The notes under the pieces were generated by a model. The model made no database searches. It was not told the DNA's origin and was given only the letters and a program-made list of their open reading frames with translations. Below are positions 61,101 to 64,000 of a stretch of 64,000 nt of DNA, one piece after another. The position numbers and the translations under genes are program-made. The stretch lies in NCBI GenBank assembly GCA_964016885.1, contig OZ024743.1, positions 333,312,001 through 333,376,000 of the forward strand, given 5' to 3'. The DNA comes from Eledone cirrhosa (taxonomy: Eukaryota). Positions within the stretch are counted from its first letter, which is position 1, and the number at the start of each line of letters is the position of its first letter.

Positions 61101-64000
61101 GCTACTGTTACTACACTGGGTCAACAACTTGGTGTACAGACATAATTATAACAGTTACTGTTACTACACTGGGTCAACAATTTGGTGTACAGACATAATT
61201 ATAACAGTTACTGTTACTACACTGGGTCAACAAGTTGGTGTATAGACATAATTATAACAGCTACTGTTACTACACTGTGTCAACAATTTGGTGTACAGAC
61301 ATAATTAAAACAGTTACTGTTGCTACACTGGGTCAACAAGTTGGTGTATAGACATAATTATAACAGCTACTGTTACTACACTGGGTCAACAATTTGGTGT
61401 ACAGACATAATTATAACAGTTACTGTTACTACACTGGGTCAACAATTTGGTGTATAGACTTAATTATAACAGTTACTGTTAATACACTGGGGCAACAAGT
61501 TGGTGTATAGACAATTATAACAGCTACTGTTACTACACTGGGTCAACAATTTGGTGTACAGACATAATTATAACAGTTACTGTTACTACATTGGGTCAAC
61601 AATTTAGTGTACAGACATAATTATAACAGTTAGTGTACAGACATAATTATAACAGTTACTGTTACTATACTGGGTCAACAATTTGGTGTACAGACATAAT
61701 TATAACAGTAACTGTTACTACACTGGGTCAACAATTTGGTGTATAGACATAATTATAACAGTTACTGTTACTACACTGGGTCAACAAGTTGGTGTATAGA
61801 CATAATTATAACAGTTACTGTTACTACACTGGGTCAACAATTTGGTGTACAGACATAATTATAACAGTTACTGTTACTACACTGGTCAACAATTTGGTGT
61901 ATAGACATAATTATAACAGTTACTGTTACTACACTGGGTCAACAATTTGGTGTATAGACATAATTATAACAGTTACTGTTACTACACTGGGTCAACAAAT
62001 CGGTGTATAGACATAATTATAAGTTACTCTTACTACACTGGGTCAACAATTTGGTGTACAGACATAATTATAACAGTTACTGTTACTACACTGGGTCAAC
62101 AATTTGGTGTACAGACATAATTATAACAGTTACTGTTACTACACTGGATCAACAAGTTGGTGTATAGACATAATTATAACAGTTACAGTTACTACACTGG
62201 GTCAACAATTTGGTGTATAGACATAATTATAACTGTTACTACACTGGGTCAACAATTTGGTGTACAGACATAATTATAACAGCTACTGTTACTACACTGG
62301 GTCAACAAGTTGGTGTACAGACATAATTATAACAGCTACTGTTACTACACTGGGTCAACAATTTGGTGTACAGACATAATTGTAACAGTTACTGTTACTA
62401 CACTGGATCAACAATCTTGTGTACAGACATAATTATAACAGCTACTGTTACTACAATGGGTCAACAATTTGGTGTATAGACATAATTATAACTGTTACTG
62501 TTACTACACTGGGTCAACAAGTTGGTGTGTAGACATAATTATAACAGCTACTGTTACTACACTGGGTCAACAACTTGGTGTACAGACATAATTATAACAG
62601 TTACTGTTACTACACTGGGTCAACAATTTGGTGTACAGACATAATTATAACAGTTACTGTTACTACACTGGGTCAACAAGATGGTGTATAGACATAATTA
62701 TAACAGCTACTGTTACTACACTGTGTCAACAATTTGGTGTACAGACATAATTAAAACAGTTACTGTTGCTACACTGGGTCAACAAGTTGGTGTATAGACA
62801 TAATTATAACAGCTACTGTTACTACACTGGCTCAACAATTTGGTGTACAGACATAATTATAACAGTTACTGTTACTACACTGGGTCAACAATTTGGTGTA
62901 TAGACTTAATTATAACAGTTACTGTTAATACACTGGGTCAACGAGTTGGTGTATAGACAATTATAACAGCTACTGTTACTACACTGGGTCAACAATTTGG
63001 TGTACAGACATAATTATAACAGTTACTGTTACTACATTGGGCAACAATTTAGTGTACAGACATAATTATAACAGTTAGTGTACAGACATAATTATAACAG
63101 TTACTGTTACTATACTGGGTCAACAATTTGGTGTACAGACATAATTATAACAGTTACTGTTACTACACTGGGTCAACAATTTAGTGTACAGACATAATTA
63201 TAACAGTTACTGTTACTACACTGGGTCAACAATTTGGTGTACAGACATAATTATAACAGTTACTGTTACTACACTGGGTCAACAAGTTGGTGTACAGACA
63301 TAATTATAACAGTTACTGTTACTACACTGGGTCAACAATTTGGTGTACAGACATAATTATAACAGTTACTGTTACTACACTGGGTCAACAATTTGGTGTA
63401 TAGACATAATTATAACTGTTACTGTTACTACACTGGGTCAACAAGTTGGTGTATAGACATAATTATAACTGTTACTGTTACTACACTGGGTCAACAAGTT
63501 GGTGTATAGACATAATTATAACAGTTACTGTTATTACACTGGGTCAACAAGTTGGTGTACAGACAATTATAACAGCTACTGTTACTACACTGGGTCAACA
63601 ATTTGGTGTACAGAGATAATTATAACAGTTACTGTTACTACACTGGGTCAACAATTTGGTGTATAGAGATAATTATAACAGTTACTGTTACTACACTGGG
63701 TCAACAAGTTGGTGTATAGACATAATTATAACAGTTACTGTTACTACACTGGGTCAACAATTTGGTGTACAGACATAATTATAACAGTTACTGTTACTAC
63801 ACTGGTCAACAATTTGGTGTACAGACATAATTATAACAGTTACTGTTACTACCCTGGGTCAACAATTTGGTGTATAGACATAATTATAACAGTTACTGTT
63901 ACTACACTGGGTCAACAAGTCGGTGTATAGACATAATTATAAGTTACTGTTACTACACTGGGTCAACAATTTGGTGTACAGACATAATTATAACAGTTAC
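34178..64000. repeat. 53-bp AT-rich tandem satellite, consensus GTGTA(C/T)AGACATAATTATAACAG(T/C)TACTGTTACTACACTGGGTCAACAA(T/G)TTG, about 560 units, continues beyond the right edge
   Basis: Direct reading shows a 53-nt period with recurrent 50-, 52- and 26-nt deletion variants. Orientation is head-to-tail except for one inverted segment at 55304-55367. Confidence 0.99.
55304..55367 (-). repeat. Inverted 64-bp segment of the 53-bp satellite
   Basis: CTCTTATAATTATGTCTATACACCAAATTCTTGACCCAGTGTAGTAACAGTAACTGTTTTAATT is the reverse complement of about 1.2 satellite units. Confidence 0.97.

Noticed and set aside
34449-63930. Many 64-90 aa ORFs (MVYRHNYNSYCYY...)
   Set aside because: These are translations of the 53-bp satellite, opened by chance indel variants. 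They are useful only as duplication markers.

Overview
Eukaryotic, gene-poor, satellite-dominated window. It holds three unrelated tandem arrays: a 28-bp satellite (1-26794, about 950 units, open at the left edge), a C-rich 41-bp minisatellite (28660-32271, about 88 units) and an AT-rich 53-bp satellite (34178-64000, about 560 units, open at the right edge). Two non-array islands of about 1.9 kb separate them. The islands contain transposon debris: two TTAA-flanked piggyBac-type MITEs, a decayed RTE-clade LINE reverse-transcriptase fragment whose 5' part is inverted, a tRNA-derived CORE-like SINE, several truncated (GAT)n-tailed retroposon ends with target-site duplications, and microsatellites. 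The retroposon families look to me like those of octopus/cephalopod genomes (recalled resemblance, not verified). No intact protein-coding gene is supported, and the long ORFs in the track are artefacts of stop-free repeat units. I found no convincing new protein-based system. The most interesting signals are structural: a twin-priming-like inverted RTE insertion, a single fold-back inversion centred on the 53-mer's own internal palindrome, and nested kb-scale block duplications in both large satellites.
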